Shown here: positions 1-10,388 of the stretch, one piece after another
Layout: each line of letters opens with the position of its first letter
Position numbering within the stretch: the first letter of the stretch is position 1
The notes under the pieces: generated by a model
Told to the model about the DNA's origin: nothing
What the model saw: the letters and a program-made list of their open reading frames with translations, nothing else
Databases searched by the model: none
Made by a program: the position numbers and the translations under genes
From: Escherichia phage ph0021
DNA length: 64,000 nt
Sequence record: OP557970.1
Reading direction: 5' to 3' (one strand)

Positions 1-315
1 ATTAAATCTCGTAAAGAAATAGATGGTTATACTTATGATATTAATGACGTTTATGTATGCCAAAGATTGGAATTTCAATACCAAGGAAATACATTTTATT
101 TTAGACCTCCTGGAAAATTTGAACAATTTTTAACTGTAAGCGATATGTTATCCAAATGCTTGCTTAAGGTCAATGATGAAGTTAAAGAAATTAATTTTCT
201 TGAGATGCCAGCATTTGTTTTAAAATGGGCAAATGATATTTCTACAACTTTAGCAATTCCTGGCCCTAATGGTCCAATAACCGGAATTGGCAATATTATT
301 GGATTATTTGAATGA
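1..315 (+). CDS. 28: baseplate hub distal subunit gp28, 3' portion (gene enters from upstream of window)
   Basis: Frame open from position 1 into the 67..315 ORF; sits immediately upstream of gene 29 as in T4. Confidence 0.5.
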   Translation: MKSRKEIDGYTYDINDVYVCQRLEFQYQGNTFYFRPPGKFEQFLTVSDMLSKCLLKVNDEVKEINFLEMPAFVLKWANDISTTLAIPGPNGPITGIGNIIGLFE

Positions 316-2084
316 AAAAGCCACAAGAAATGCAAACGATGCGTAGAAAAGTTATTTCAGATAATAAACCAACACAGGAAGCGGCTAAATCCGCTTCTAA
401 CACTTTATCTGGACTTAATGACATATCTACGAAATTGGATGATGCTCAAGCTGCCTCTGAATTAATAGCTCAAACTGTCGAAGAAAAATCGAATGAAATA
501 GTTGGAGCAATTGATAACGTTGAAAGCGCAGTAAGTGATACTACTGCCGGTTCTGAGTTAATTGCTGAAACTGTTGAAATTGGCAACAATATTAATAAAG
601 AAATCGGTGAATCGCTCGGAAGCAAATTAGATAAATTAACAAGTTTACTGGAACAAAAAATTCAGACAGCTGGAATTCAGCAAACTGGAACGAGTTTAGC
701 AGTAGTCGAAAATGCTATTCCTGTTAAAGTCGTCGAGGATGATACAGCTGAATCTGTGGGTCCTTTATTACCGGCTCCTGAAGCAGTTAATAATGATCCT
801 GATGCTGATTTTTTCCCTACTCCTCAGCCAATTGAACCAAAACAAGAGTCTCCAGAAGAGAAGCAAAAAAGAGATGCATTTAACTTAAAATTATCTCAAG
901 CTTTAGATAAATTAACAAAGACAGTTGATTTCGGATTTAAGAAATCTATTTCAATTACTGATAAAATATCTAGCATGCTATTTAAGTATACCGTCAGTGC
1001 TGCTATTGAAGCTGCTAAAATGGTTGCATTGATAATGGCTGTTGTTATTGGAATAGACCTGCTGATGGTTCATTTTAAATACTGGTCAGATAAATTTTCA
1101 AAAGCCTGGGATTTATTTAGCACTGATTTTAAAACTTTCTCAAGCGAAACAGGAACTTGGGGCCCTTTATTACAAAGCATCTTTGAATCTATTGATGAAA
1201 TTAAAAAGTTCTGGGAAGCTGGAGATTGGGGCGGATTAACAGTAGCTATTGTTGAAGGGCTTGGAAGTGTTCTTTATAATTTAGGAGAGCTTATTCAATT
1301 AGGTATGGCTAAATTATCTGCAGCAATTCTTCGAGTCATTCCTGGCATGAAGGATACTGCTGATGAAGTAGAAGGAAGAGCATTAGAAAATTTCCAAAAT
1401 TCTACTGGAGCATCTCTTAATAAAGAAGACCAAGAAAAAGTAGCAAATTATCAAGATAAACGAATGAATGATGATCTTGGCCCAATAGCAAAAGGATTAG
1501 ACAAAATTGCGAACTGGAAAACTCGTGCATCTAACTGGATTCGTGGTGTAGATAATAAAGAAGCATTGACTACTGACGAAGAACGTGCAGCAGAAGAAGA
1601 AAAATTAAAACAACTTTCACCGGAAGAAAGAAAAAATGCTTTAATGAAAGCTAATGAAGCTCGTGCTGCGATGATTCGTTTTGAAAAATATGCTGATTCA
1701 GCTGATATGAGCAAAGACTCGACAGTTAAATCAATTGAAGCTGCTCATGAAGACCTTAAAAAACGAATGAATGATCCGGATTTAAATAATTCACCAGCAG
1801 TTAAAAAAGAACTTGCTTCTAGATTTGCTAAAATTGATGCCACTTATCAAGAGCTCAAGAAAAATCAACCTGAAGCAAAACCTGAAACTTCTGCTAAATC
1901 ACCAGAAGCAAAACAGGTCCAGGTGATTGAAAAGAACAAAGCACAACAAGCTCCTGTTCAACAAGCATCTCCTTCAATCAATAATACTAATAATGTTATT
2001 AAGAAAAATACTGTCGTTCATAATATGACACCTGTAACGAGCACGACTGCTCCTGGTGTATTTGGTGCGACGGGAGTTAATTAA
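312..2084 (+). CDS. 29: gp29 baseplate hub / tail-tube length determinant
   Basis: 590 aa, same length as T4 gp29; position 28-29-48-54; ATGA overlap with preceding ORF. Confidence 0.85.
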   Translation: MKKPQEMQTMRRKVISDNKPTQEAAKSASNTLSGLNDISTKLDDAQAASELIAQTVEEKSNEIVGAIDNVESAVSDTTAGSELIAETVEIGNNINKEIGESLGSKLDKLTSLLEQKIQTAGIQQTGTSLAVVENAIPVKVVEDDTAESVGPLLPAPEAVNNDPDADFFPTPQPIEPKQESPEEKQKRDAFNLKLSQALDKLTKTVDFGFKKSISITDKISSMLFKYTVSAAIEAAKMVALIMAVVIGIDLLMVHFKYWSDKFSKAWDLFSTDFKTFSSETGTWGPLLQSIFESIDEIKKFWEAGDWGGLTVAIVEGLGSVLYNLGELIQLGMAKLSAAILRVIPGMKDTADEVEGRALENFQNSTGASLNKEDQEKVANYQDKRMNDDLGPIAKGLDKIANWKTRASNWIRGVDNKEALTTDEERAAEEEKLKQLSPEERKNALMKANEARAAMIRFEKYADSADMSKDSTVKSIEAAHEDLKKRMNDPDLNNSPAVKKELASRFAKIDATYQELKKNQPEAKPETSAKSPEAKQVQVIEKNKAQQAPVQQASPSINNTNNVIKKNTVVHNMTPVTSTTAPGVFGATGVN

Positions 2085-2092
2085 GGAATAAT

Positions 2093-3187
2093 ATGGCAAT
2101 TGTTAAAGAAATAACTGCTGATTTAATTAAAAAGTCCGGTGAAACAATTTCAGCCGGACAGAGTACTAAATCAGAAGTAGGAACTAAAACATACACAGCC
2201 CAGTTTCCAACTGGGCGTGCTAGTGGTAATGACACTACAGGGGACTTCCAGGTAACAGATCTATATAAGAATGGATTATTATTTACTGCATACAATATGT
2301 CATCTAGGGATTCTGGAAGTCTTAGAACGATGAGATCTAACTACTCTTCTTCATCTTCGAGTATTTTACGTACAGCCAGAAACACTATCAGTAATACAGT
2401 ATCAAAACTATCAAATGGACTAATATCAGATAATAATTCAGGAACAATAAGTAAAGTTCCTGTTGCAAATATTCTTTTACCTAGATCTAAATCTGACGTC
2501 GATACGTCATCACATAGATTTAATGATGTTCAAGATAGTCTTATTACAAAAGGTGGAGGTACTGCTACTGGTGTGCTAAGCAATATGGCTTCAACCGCAG
2601 TATTTGGAGCGCTGGAAAGTATAACACAAGGTATAATGGCTGATAATAATGAACAGATTTATACGACAGCCAGAAGCATGTACGGCGGTGCTGAAAATAG
2701 AACTAAAGTGTTCACTTGGGATTTGACTCCGCGCTCAACAGAAGATTTAATGGCTATTATTAATATCTATCAGTATTTTAACTATTTTTCTTACGGTGAA
2801 ACTGGTAAATCTCAATATGCTGCTGAAATAAAAGGATATCTAGATGAGTGGTACCGTTCTACTTTTATTGAGCCGTTAACTCCAGAAGATGCAGTTAAAA
2901 ATAAGACGTTATTTGAGAAAATGACATCGAGTTTAACTAACGTTCTTGTAGTTTCAAACCCGACAATTTGGATGGTGAAAAACTTTGGTGCAACATCTAA
3001 GTTTGATGGAAAAACGGAAATATTCGGTCCATGTCAAATCCAGAGTATCAGATTTGATAAAACACCTAATGGTAACTTTAACGGATTAGCTATTGCTCCA
3101 AATCTCCCTAGTACATTTACTCTCGAGATTACTATGAGAGAAATTATCACGTTAAACCGTGCTTCTTTATATGCGGGGACTTTTTAA
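2093..3187 (+). CDS. 48: gp48 baseplate tail-tube cap
   Basis: 364 aa as in T4 gp48; conserved order. Confidence 0.85.
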   Translation: MAIVKEITADLIKKSGETISAGQSTKSEVGTKTYTAQFPTGRASGNDTTGDFQVTDLYKNGLLFTAYNMSSRDSGSLRTMRSNYSSSSSSILRTARNTISNTVSKLSNGLISDNNSGTISKVPVANILLPRSKSDVDTSSHRFNDVQDSLITKGGGTATGVLSNMASTAVFGALESITQGIMADNNEQIYTTARSMYGGAENRTKVFTWDLTPRSTEDLMAIINIYQYFNYFSYGETGKSQYAAEIKGYLDEWYRSTFIEPLTPEDAVKNKTLFEKMTSSLTNVLVVSNPTIWMVKNFGATSKFDGKTEIFGPCQIQSIRFDKTPNGNFNGLAIAPNLPSTFTLEITMREIITLNRASLYAGTF

Positions 3188-4152
3188 TGTATTCTTTAGA
3201 GGAATTTAATAATCAAGCAATAAACGCAGATTTCCAACGTAATAATATGTTTAGCTGCGTTTTTGCAACAACTCCATCAACTAAAAGCTCTTCGTTGATA
3301 AGTTCAATTAGCAACTTTTCTTATAATAACTTGGGCCTAAATTCAGATTGGTTAGGATTAACTCAAGGCGATATTAATCAGGGAATTACTACGCTAATTA
3401 CAGCTGGCACACAAAAACTGATAAGAAAATCAGGGGTTAGTAAATATCTTATTGGTGCCATGAGTCAACGTACAGTTCAAAGTTTATTAGGCTCATTTAC
3501 AGTTGGTACATATTTAATTGACTTCTTTAACGTGGCATATAACTCATCTGGATTGATGATATACTCTGTAAAAATGCCAGAGAATAGATTATCCTATGAA
3601 ACTGACTGGAACTATAATTCTCCTAATATTCGTATAACTGGGAGAGAATTAGACCCTTTGGTTATTTCATTCAGAATGGATTCAGAAGCTTGTAACTATC
3701 GTGCAATGCAAGACTGGGTTAACGCTGTTCAAGACCCAGTAACTGGATTGCGTGCTTTGCCGCAAGATGTCGAGGCAGATATTCAGGTTAATCTTCATTC
3801 TCGCAATGGATTACCACATACTGCGGTGATGTTCACTGGATGCATTCCAGTGTCCGTAAGCGCTCCTGAGTTATCATATGATGGAGATAACCAAATAACT
3901 ACATTTGATGTTACTTTTGCGTATAGAGTGATGCAGGCTGGAGCAGTTGATAGACAAGCTGCCCTTGAATGGCTTGAATCTGCTACTATAAATGGTATTC
4001 AAAGCGTTCTCGGAAATAGTGGAGGTGTTACTGGACTATCTAATTCGCTTTCACGACTTAGTAGATTAGGGGGAACTGCAGGAAGCATTTCAAATATTAA
4101 TACTATGACAGGAATTGTCAATTCGCAGAGTAAAATATTAGGAGCAATATAA
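3187..4152 (+). CDS. 54: gp54 baseplate tail-tube initiator
   Basis: 321 aa, T4 gp54-sized; start overlaps gp48 stop. Confidence 0.85.
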   Translation: MYSLEEFNNQAINADFQRNNMFSCVFATTPSTKSSSLISSISNFSYNNLGLNSDWLGLTQGDINQGITTLITAGTQKLIRKSGVSKYLIGAMSQRTVQSLLGSFTVGTYLIDFFNVAYNSSGLMIYSVKMPENRLSYETDWNYNSPNIRITGRELDPLVISFRMDSEACNYRAMQDWVNAVQDPVTGLRALPQDVEADIQVNLHSRNGLPHTAVMFTGCIPVSVSAPELSYDGDNQITTFDVTFAYRVMQAGAVDRQAALEWLESATINGIQSVLGNSGGVTGLSNSLSRLSRLGGTAGSISNINTMTGIVNSQSKILGAI

Positions 4153-4156
4153 CAAT

Positions 4157-4186
4157 GGGGACCGAAAGGTCCCCATATTTTTATTT
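4157..4186 (+). terminator. rho-independent terminator after gene 54
   Basis: Perfect hairpin ggggaccgaaaggtcccc followed by T-run atatttttattt. Confidence 0.7.
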
Positions 4187-4471
4187 ACGGAATGAAATGA
4201 AAGCAGAAACTGAAGCAACTAAACTGTCTTCAATATAAACTTCAATTTTTACCGGAGCTTCTGACTCAAATTTACCTGTTACTACACCTTGGAAAATACT
4301 TTCAGTCTGTTCTGGCTTTGAAAAATTTTCAGAAGGAAAAATTCCGAACTTTTTATCTGTTCCAAAAATTTTGATAAATTCATCGTAAACTGCTTCATTA
4401 AAAGCATTATCAGCAGGAATAACTCCTTCAACTACAAGTTCTTGACCTAAAAAGCGCAAAGAAGATTTCAT
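4181..4471 (-). CDS. hypothetical protein (alt-downstream small ORF)
   Basis: 96 aa ORF with GAGGA RBS and its own early promoter. Confidence 0.45.
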   Translation of the reverse strand: MKSSLRFLGQELVVEGVIPADNAFNEAVYDEFIKIFGTDKKFGIFPSENFSKPEQTESIFQGVVTGKFESEAPVKIEVYIEDSLVASVSAFISFRK

Positions 4472-4501
4472 TTTGTGTTCCTCATGTTATGTCAGTAAGA
4501 C

Positions 4502-4532
4502 TACTATAACACAACACGAGGGACTTGTAAAC
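4502..4532 (-). promoter_or_regulatory. T4-type early promoter
   Basis: Minus-strand GTTTAC -35 (4527..4532) and TATAGT-like -10; part of a repeat shared with the alc promoter. Confidence 0.6.
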
Positions 4533-6589
4533 TACATTTTGAACTTTTTAGACATTCCGTTGATGTTAACCAAAGAAGTCAAGATTTGAGAAACTTCATT
4601 TTCCTCTTCTTTTGATTCTTCTACAAGGAATTGATTAAATCCAGCCATTGGACGAACTTCACCAGTTTCCATTAGATGGTCTCCATCATATACTGATTCT
4701 TCTAATTGTTCAGAAGGAGGAACGATTGTACCTTCGATTAGATACTTGTTATAAGCAGTTTCTTTCATAAAGTACGTACTTACTTTATTAATCTTCAGTA
4801 AAATTCCACGTGGTAGAATAACTTCAGCTTCTGACGGAAATCCTGATAAATGACCTGGAACGATAACTTTGATTCGCTCAGCTCCTTTAATTACCATACC
4901 CACGCTAGTTTCTGCATCTTCATTAGCATATGTAGAATGACTACCCATATGCATCAAATCTTCTGCATCAACGGAACCTTCTCCTTCACCAGAAAATACT
5001 GCGCCGGAATCATCTAGAGCCATATAGTTTTTACCATGCTCACCGAAGATATTTGGTTTAAGCGATGTGGATACGAAGTTCTTGAAATAGAACATTTTAT
5101 TTTCAATGTTATGACGCAAAGTTTTAAAGGTAACTTCTTGCCCACGGTAAAGTGTAGTTCCTGGAGGAAGAACTGATCCTTTGGCAAAGGCAGAATCTAA
5201 CGTCTCGATGTGCTTAATAGCTCGTTCCATGTATTCTTCACGGGTAGAATCTGGTTTACCCAAAAGGAACGAGTTCATTTCAACATATGAATCTGCACAA
5301 TAATCTTCAATTACATCAGATTCAGCCTGAGTCAGTCCTTTTGGAGCTACTTCGGTGCTTGCGTATTCATATGCCTGGGCAGCAGATTCATTAATCAATT
5401 TATAAATGCCATTCATGACAAATTGAATAATAGCTGTCTTTTCATCTGGTGTGGTTTTAGAACCTTTAACTAAATCATTAATAATTTTCTTAATAACATC
5501 AAAGCTATTAGAAATATTAATGTCAGCAAGATCGCTTAAAATTTTATCAGTTTTATAATCAAAGAATTCTTTATTCTTTAAATATTCTTGAGAACCTTGA
5601 TATGTTATATCGCTCTGCAACTTGATAGATGGATCACGTAAACGTGCATGGGCTAATGCAATATGATTTCGGAAACTTTCTAGTTCATAATCGTTAGATT
5701 TAAAACGAAAAGCACTTCTCATACCACCGATAGCTCCTTTGCTGAAGTTTGAACCAATCTGAATAACGCCAGAGTTCATTGGTCCTTCTGCTTTATATAC
5801 CGGAACTTTAGATTCAAATTCTTGATATTTCTTAGCAGCGAAGCTATCACCCTGAAGTGAAGCATCAACAGTAGAATATTGAGCTTGTGCTGCTAATCGA
5901 CGACTAATTTTAGTTTTCTGAATAACAGCTTGATCCGTGCGCTTATCATTTTCTAAAGCAATAGAAGCAGCAACAGCAACAGCTTTAGGAACAGCATTAC
6001 CTGTTTTAACGTCTACATAAACATCACCAACCTTTGATTCAACTTTTGTGAATAACTCGGTTGAAATAGGAGGTACACCTGGAATGTCTTCTAAATTGGC
6101 ATTTTTACGGTAAACCATAATATATGCGTACTTTTTATCATAATCCCAGATTTCCTTTAAAAGAACATATCGACCTGCTCCTTTAGTACGTACTAAACGG
6201 TCAGCAATAACTTGCATTTGACGAGCTGCGCCATTTGTTTTACTTTTTAGTACGCGGAATAGGCATGCATCAATTTTATACTGCTTCATTGTTTGAAGAG
6301 CAGTATCAAAAACAGCATTAATGACGCCAATTGGATTTCCACCCAAGTTTTTAAGCTTAACTAATGATAGTTTCTCATTAACACCTATCATTACGATATG
6401 CATCATTTTGTCGCCTGGCTTAACGTTTTTATTCGTATCACCGCCAGAGGTGTATGTACAAAATCTAAATCCAGGAAGCACGCTTTCTTCACCTGCTTGA
6501 ATAGCAAAAATTTGAGGTATTTTATGCTTAGGATTTAAGTTAACAACCGGCGCCGAAGCGCCGTCAAATAATTCTGTAATAAGTTCCAT
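4532..6589 (-). CDS. Alt-like ADP-ribosyltransferase, paralog 2
   Basis: 685 aa; N-terminal ~230 aa and C-terminus (YDGDHLMETGE) closely match the adjacent Alt; ART motifs LYRG, FVSTSL, EAEVILPRG; central region diverged. Confidence 0.8.
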   Translation of the reverse strand: MELITELFDGASAPVVNLNPKHKIPQIFAIQAGEESVLPGFRFCTYTSGGDTNKNVKPGDKMMHIVMIGVNEKLSLVKLKNLGGNPIGVINAVFDTALQTMKQYKIDACLFRVLKSKTNGAARQMQVIADRLVRTKGAGRYVLLKEIWDYDKKYAYIMVYRKNANLEDIPGVPPISTELFTKVESKVGDVYVDVKTGNAVPKAVAVAASIALENDKRTDQAVIQKTKISRRLAAQAQYSTVDASLQGDSFAAKKYQEFESKVPVYKAEGPMNSGVIQIGSNFSKGAIGGMRSAFRFKSNDYELESFRNHIALAHARLRDPSIKLQSDITYQGSQEYLKNKEFFDYKTDKILSDLADINISNSFDVIKKIINDLVKGSKTTPDEKTAIIQFVMNGIYKLINESAAQAYEYASTEVAPKGLTQAESDVIEDYCADSYVEMNSFLLGKPDSTREEYMERAIKHIETLDSAFAKGSVLPPGTTLYRGQEVTFKTLRHNIENKMFYFKNFVSTSLKPNIFGEHGKNYMALDDSGAVFSGEGEGSVDAEDLMHMGSHSTYANEDAETSVGMVIKGAERIKVIVPGHLSGFPSEAEVILPRGILLKINKVSTYFMKETAYNKYLIEGTIVPPSEQLEESVYDGDHLMETGEVRPMAGFNQFLVEESKEEENEVSQILTSLVNINGMSKKFKM

Positions 6590-6592
6590 GAT

Positions 6593-8686
6593 TTATCCTT
6601 GAACGAACTTGTAAGGCATGTTTGTAATATCTATGCAAGACGCAATAATTCCAAGAGATGATTCTACTTTCTGTTTAATATTTGATGAAACAAATGATGC
6701 AAAGTCAACTCTGTCTTCTATTTCAATATCACCTGTCATTGCAACCAATTCACCAGTTTCCATTAAATGGTCTCCATCATAGATTACCGATTCGGTGAGC
6801 TCTTCCGTGGTCATAACTTCAGCTTGAATGAGTTTTGTATTATTAGATGTTGTTCCGTCATTATTAGAAGCATCGGTTATTTTATTAACTTTGACCATCA
6901 ATCCACGCGGTAGAATAACTTCAGCTTCTGTTGCTATTCCGAGACTTCCTGGATATACAACATTAACTTTATGAGCTCCATCAATTGCCCATCCTATTTG
7001 AACTTTAACATATTCAGGATTTTCTTTATACGCTCTTATTTCGTTTGGATTAATAGTTATTCCTTCTTCATTTTTATCAACTGTTAATTCATTGCGAGCT
7101 TCTGGTTCTAAAAGACCAATACCAGCATGTGTGATTCCAAAACGTCCAAAAATGATAGGAGTTAAAGAAGTAGATACAAAATTTCTGAAGTAGAACACTT
7201 TATTTTTAACTAACGCTTCATATATAGGAGCAGTCATACTTTGAGCACGATAAACTGTAATGCCTTCTGGTATACGGTCACCATTTTCAAAAGCTGAATC
7301 TAAGTTATTTATAGCAGATTCAATTTCTTTTTCACTCATTACATCGTATCGTTCTGGATTGTAACGACCTAAAAGAAGATTATTGATGTCAGTATATCCT
7401 GAACCGCAATATTCTCTAATGCCACGCTTTTGTGATGGAGTATATTTAGAACCATCGCGGGCAATAGTAATATCAATCATTGGACCAGCACCAATTCCAG
7501 AAAAACTGTAAATCATTCGTTTGAGGAATTTAGTTTTTGCTGCGTTCCAGGAATTTTTAGTTATTTCTTCCCAGACTTCATCTGGTTGTCCTTTACGATT
7601 TTTATTATGATTAGCAAGCCATTTATCTTTATAATCTTCAAAGAATTGATTTACAGCTGCTGCGTATTTCTCTAAACATTTTATTGAAGTAGTTGGTTCA
7701 TTTTTAATTGCATTAAAAATTACTTCTTTAATTTTTTCTGAAACTTCACCGACTTGACTCATTGGAAAGAATTTATAATCATAGTGAAGTTCATCTGCCG
7801 TTCCTTCAGCAATAATTTTTGCTGCCTTTGTTTTAGAAGCTAATGAATTAATTCCAATTTTCATTTCTTCTGCTTCGGGAATTAAAGGTGCAGTAGCTGG
7901 TTTATTAAAATTGGCTGCTGTAGATTCATACTTCTGGAATAATTCACTTTCAAATCTAGAAGATTCCAATGACTGACTTTGTGCAATTGCTCTACGGGAA
8001 ATTTTAACTTTAACGATTACAGCTTGGTCAGAACGTTTATCATTTTCTTGTGCAATAGATGCTGCAATTGCTTCATTTTTAGTTACTTGAGCTCCAGTAT
8101 CTTTATTGATATAAACATCACCGACCTTCGATTCAACTTTAGTAAAGAGTTCAGTGCTAATTTCTGGAACTCCTGGAATGTCTTCTAATGATACATTTTT
8201 GCGATGTATAAGAATATATGCATACTTTTTATCGTAATCCCAGAGTTCCTTAAGAAGGACGTATCTGCCACCTGAACGACTACGGATAAGTCTATCAGCA
8301 ATAACTTGAATTTGTCGAGCTTGGCCAGCAGTTTTAGACTTAAGAATACGAAGCATGCAGGCATCAATTTTATATTGACGCATCGTTTGCATTGCAACAG
8401 TAAAAACTGAATTGATATAATTAATTGGGCTTGGACCAAGACCTTTTAATTTAGCAATTGAGCCTTTAGCAGTTAATGTAAAAGGAACAATATGCATCAT
8501 TTTATCGCCCATCTTTAAATCGCGATTAGTATCACCTCCAGATGTATAGGTACATAAACGAAAGCCTGGTTGTTCAATTGCATCATCAACATGAACTGAA
8601 AAAATTTGTGGTATTTTCTTCTTTGGATTTAAGTTTGTAATCGGAAGAGTAGTATCTTCGTCAAATAATTCTGTAATAAGTTCCAT
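6593..8686 (-). CDS. alt: Alt ADP-ribosyltransferase (head-packaged, modifies host RNA polymerase)
   Basis: 697 aa starting MELITELFDEDTTLPITNL; ART R-S-E motifs; located between 54 and 30 as T4 alt. Confidence 0.85.
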   Translation of the reverse strand: MELITELFDEDTTLPITNLNPKKKIPQIFSVHVDDAIEQPGFRLCTYTSGGDTNRDLKMGDKMMHIVPFTLTAKGSIAKLKGLGPSPINYINSVFTVAMQTMRQYKIDACMLRILKSKTAGQARQIQVIADRLIRSRSGGRYVLLKELWDYDKKYAYILIHRKNVSLEDIPGVPEISTELFTKVESKVGDVYINKDTGAQVTKNEAIAASIAQENDKRSDQAVIVKVKISRRAIAQSQSLESSRFESELFQKYESTAANFNKPATAPLIPEAEEMKIGINSLASKTKAAKIIAEGTADELHYDYKFFPMSQVGEVSEKIKEVIFNAIKNEPTTSIKCLEKYAAAVNQFFEDYKDKWLANHNKNRKGQPDEVWEEITKNSWNAAKTKFLKRMIYSFSGIGAGPMIDITIARDGSKYTPSQKRGIREYCGSGYTDINNLLLGRYNPERYDVMSEKEIESAINNLDSAFENGDRIPEGITVYRAQSMTAPIYEALVKNKVFYFRNFVSTSLTPIIFGRFGITHAGIGLLEPEARNELTVDKNEEGITINPNEIRAYKENPEYVKVQIGWAIDGAHKVNVVYPGSLGIATEAEVILPRGLMVKVNKITDASNNDGTTSNNTKLIQAEVMTTEELTESVIYDGDHLMETGELVAMTGDIEIEDRVDFASFVSSNIKQKVESSLGIIASCIDITNMPYKFVQG

Positions 8687-8709
8687 GTTATCCTCTCTAG
8701 TGTTTATTC

Positions 8710-8717
8710 TATTTATA
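8710..8717 (-). promoter_or_regulatory. late promoter TATAAATA upstream of alt
   Basis: Reverse complement reads TATAAATA about 25 nt upstream of the alt ATG. Confidence 0.6.
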
Positions 8718-8722
8718 AAATT

Positions 8723-8740
8723 AAAGGCCCGAAGGCCTTT
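8723..8740 (-). terminator. UUCG-loop hairpin, terminator or RNA-stability element
   Basis: aaaggcccgaaggccttt palindrome followed on the transcript by a U-rich tract. Confidence 0.5.
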
Positions 8741-8742
8741 AA

Positions 8743-8928
8743 TTAATAGAGAGCTAAAAGAGTACGATATACTTCAAACTTTGGACCTTTTTCATATGGA
8801 TCAAATCTTTCCGTGAATTCATCATATGCTAGTTTATCTGGGAATTCAAGAATAACCTGCGATACCGCAGTGGAAACATCTCCACCTTCTTTTTGAGCCA
8901 CGACAATTGTTTCTAAGTAAGCTTTCAT
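8743..8928 (-). CDS. hypothetical protein
   Basis: 61 aa ORF, start overlaps ligase stop. Confidence 0.4.
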   Translation of the reverse strand: MKAYLETIVVAQKEGGDVSTAVSQVILEFPDKLAYDEFTERFDPYEKGPKFEVYRTLLALY

Positions 8929-10388
8929 AAACCAGTTACCTCATGAAAATCGCCAAATACATCTTCGAACGTATTAGCTTTAGTTTTATCTTCACGTAAA
9001 CGAATTGCAATTGGAAGAAATAGCTTAACGTAATCAGTACGTCCATCTAATTTTACCCAGCCGTTGCATTCGCACTCTAGAATTTTTCCAATATAATAAT
9101 TTTGGTTTTCCATAATGCGAGTACGATCAAGTTCATGCGATTTTATACCGGCTTTATCTTTTAAGCCTGAACCAGCATTTACTTTAATTTTTCCACACTC
9201 TGATTCAAGAATGAAACCACCTGCTTTAGTAGGGTCTTTACGGTGAGGATAAATTCCTACAATTTTTAAATCAACATCAATTACTTCTTTAAATTTATAA
9301 AGATTTTTTGAACGAGCATTTTCCCATAATCCATCGATATTTTTAAGAATAATACCTTCAAGACCTTGGTCAATATACTTTTTATAAATTACCTTAGCTT
9401 CATCTAGGTTATTTACTACTTGGTTTTCAATTAAAATTACTTTATCATAGCCTGATGTCATTTGTTCTAGTTTAGAAAAACGTACATCATATTTTAAACG
9501 AAATGCTGGAAGACCATATATTTCTACTAATGGAACATAGTCCCAGACCTGAAACTTCATGCATTGTGCTTCTTTTTCAGAAATGGTTCCCTTTAAAGAT
9601 TTATTAGCGATTCCATTAGAAGTAGTACGTGATTCAGCTACTTCGGCGAATTCTTTAGCTTTACTAATTTCAGGATAAGCATCAAAAAGAAAATCTAGGC
9701 CTTCTGGTTCCTTTTTAACTTGCTCATGGTATACCAATTCGCCATCAATTAACACACCTTCTGGATGAATCTGGCGAGCTTCTGCAGTCATTTTGATTAA
9801 CTCTTCCTTGAGAAGATCTAATCCTAGATATTCATTACCAGCTCGTGATAAAAGACGAACATCATCTAATTCATCACCTCTGACTTCAGCAAAACAGCGA
9901 GCTCCATCAGCTTTTAGCTGTGCAAAGGCTGGAAATTTGATATTCTTATTAATGCCTTTTTCGTCATAAGAACTTGCTAGCATTTGAGGTTGTTCAGGAA
10001 TTAAACCTGGCCAAACTTTGTTTGCAATAGATACTGATGCACCGCATTCAAGGTCTCGCATCATCACCCGACGCAAAACTTCAACATCATCTTTTTTACC
10101 GTCAGTAATATATCCAGTTAATTCCTCAATTGCCGCATTTCCAGTCAATTTCCGAGTAGCTAACGTGAATTCAATGAAGTCAAGCATATCGGTAAGAGTC
10201 AACATTCCAAAACTCTGGGTAGTAATACCCGGTTTAGGCCATTTCTTGATATAATACTGTAACCCACGAGAATAAGTCAGACGATATACTCGTTTAAGCA
10301 ATTCATTATCTTTATTCTTTTCAAGAATTGCTTGCTTCTGCTTAGTTGAACCAATAGATGCTATTTCGTTCAGAATTTTAAGAATCAT
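8925..10388 (-). CDS. 30: ATP-dependent DNA ligase gp30
   Basis: 487 aa, N-terminus MILKILNEIASIGSTKQKQAILEKNKDNELLKRVYRLTY matches T4 DNA ligase. Confidence 0.95.
   Translation of the reverse strand: MILKILNEIASIGSTKQKQAILEKNKDNELLKRVYRLTYSRGLQYYIKKWPKPGITTQSFGMLTLTDMLDFIEFTLATRKLTGNAAIEELTGYITDGKKDDVEVLRRVMMRDLECGASVSIANKVWPGLIPEQPQMLASSYDEKGINKNIKFPAFAQLKADGARCFAEVRGDELDDVRLLSRAGNEYLGLDLLKEELIKMTAEARQIHPEGVLIDGELVYHEQVKKEPEGLDFLFDAYPEISKAKEFAEVAESRTTSNGIANKSLKGTISEKEAQCMKFQVWDYVPLVEIYGLPAFRLKYDVRFSKLEQMTSGYDKVILIENQVVNNLDEAKVIYKKYIDQGLEGIILKNIDGLWENARSKNLYKFKEVIDVDLKIVGIYPHRKDPTKAGGFILESECGKIKVNAGSGLKDKAGIKSHELDRTRIMENQNYYIGKILECECNGWVKLDGRTDYVKLFLPIAIRLREDKTKANTFEDVFGDFHEVTGL

Noticed and set aside
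1451-1714. 87 aa antisense ORF
   Set aside because: Embedded within the gene 29 coding region on the opposite strand; no promoter or RBS.
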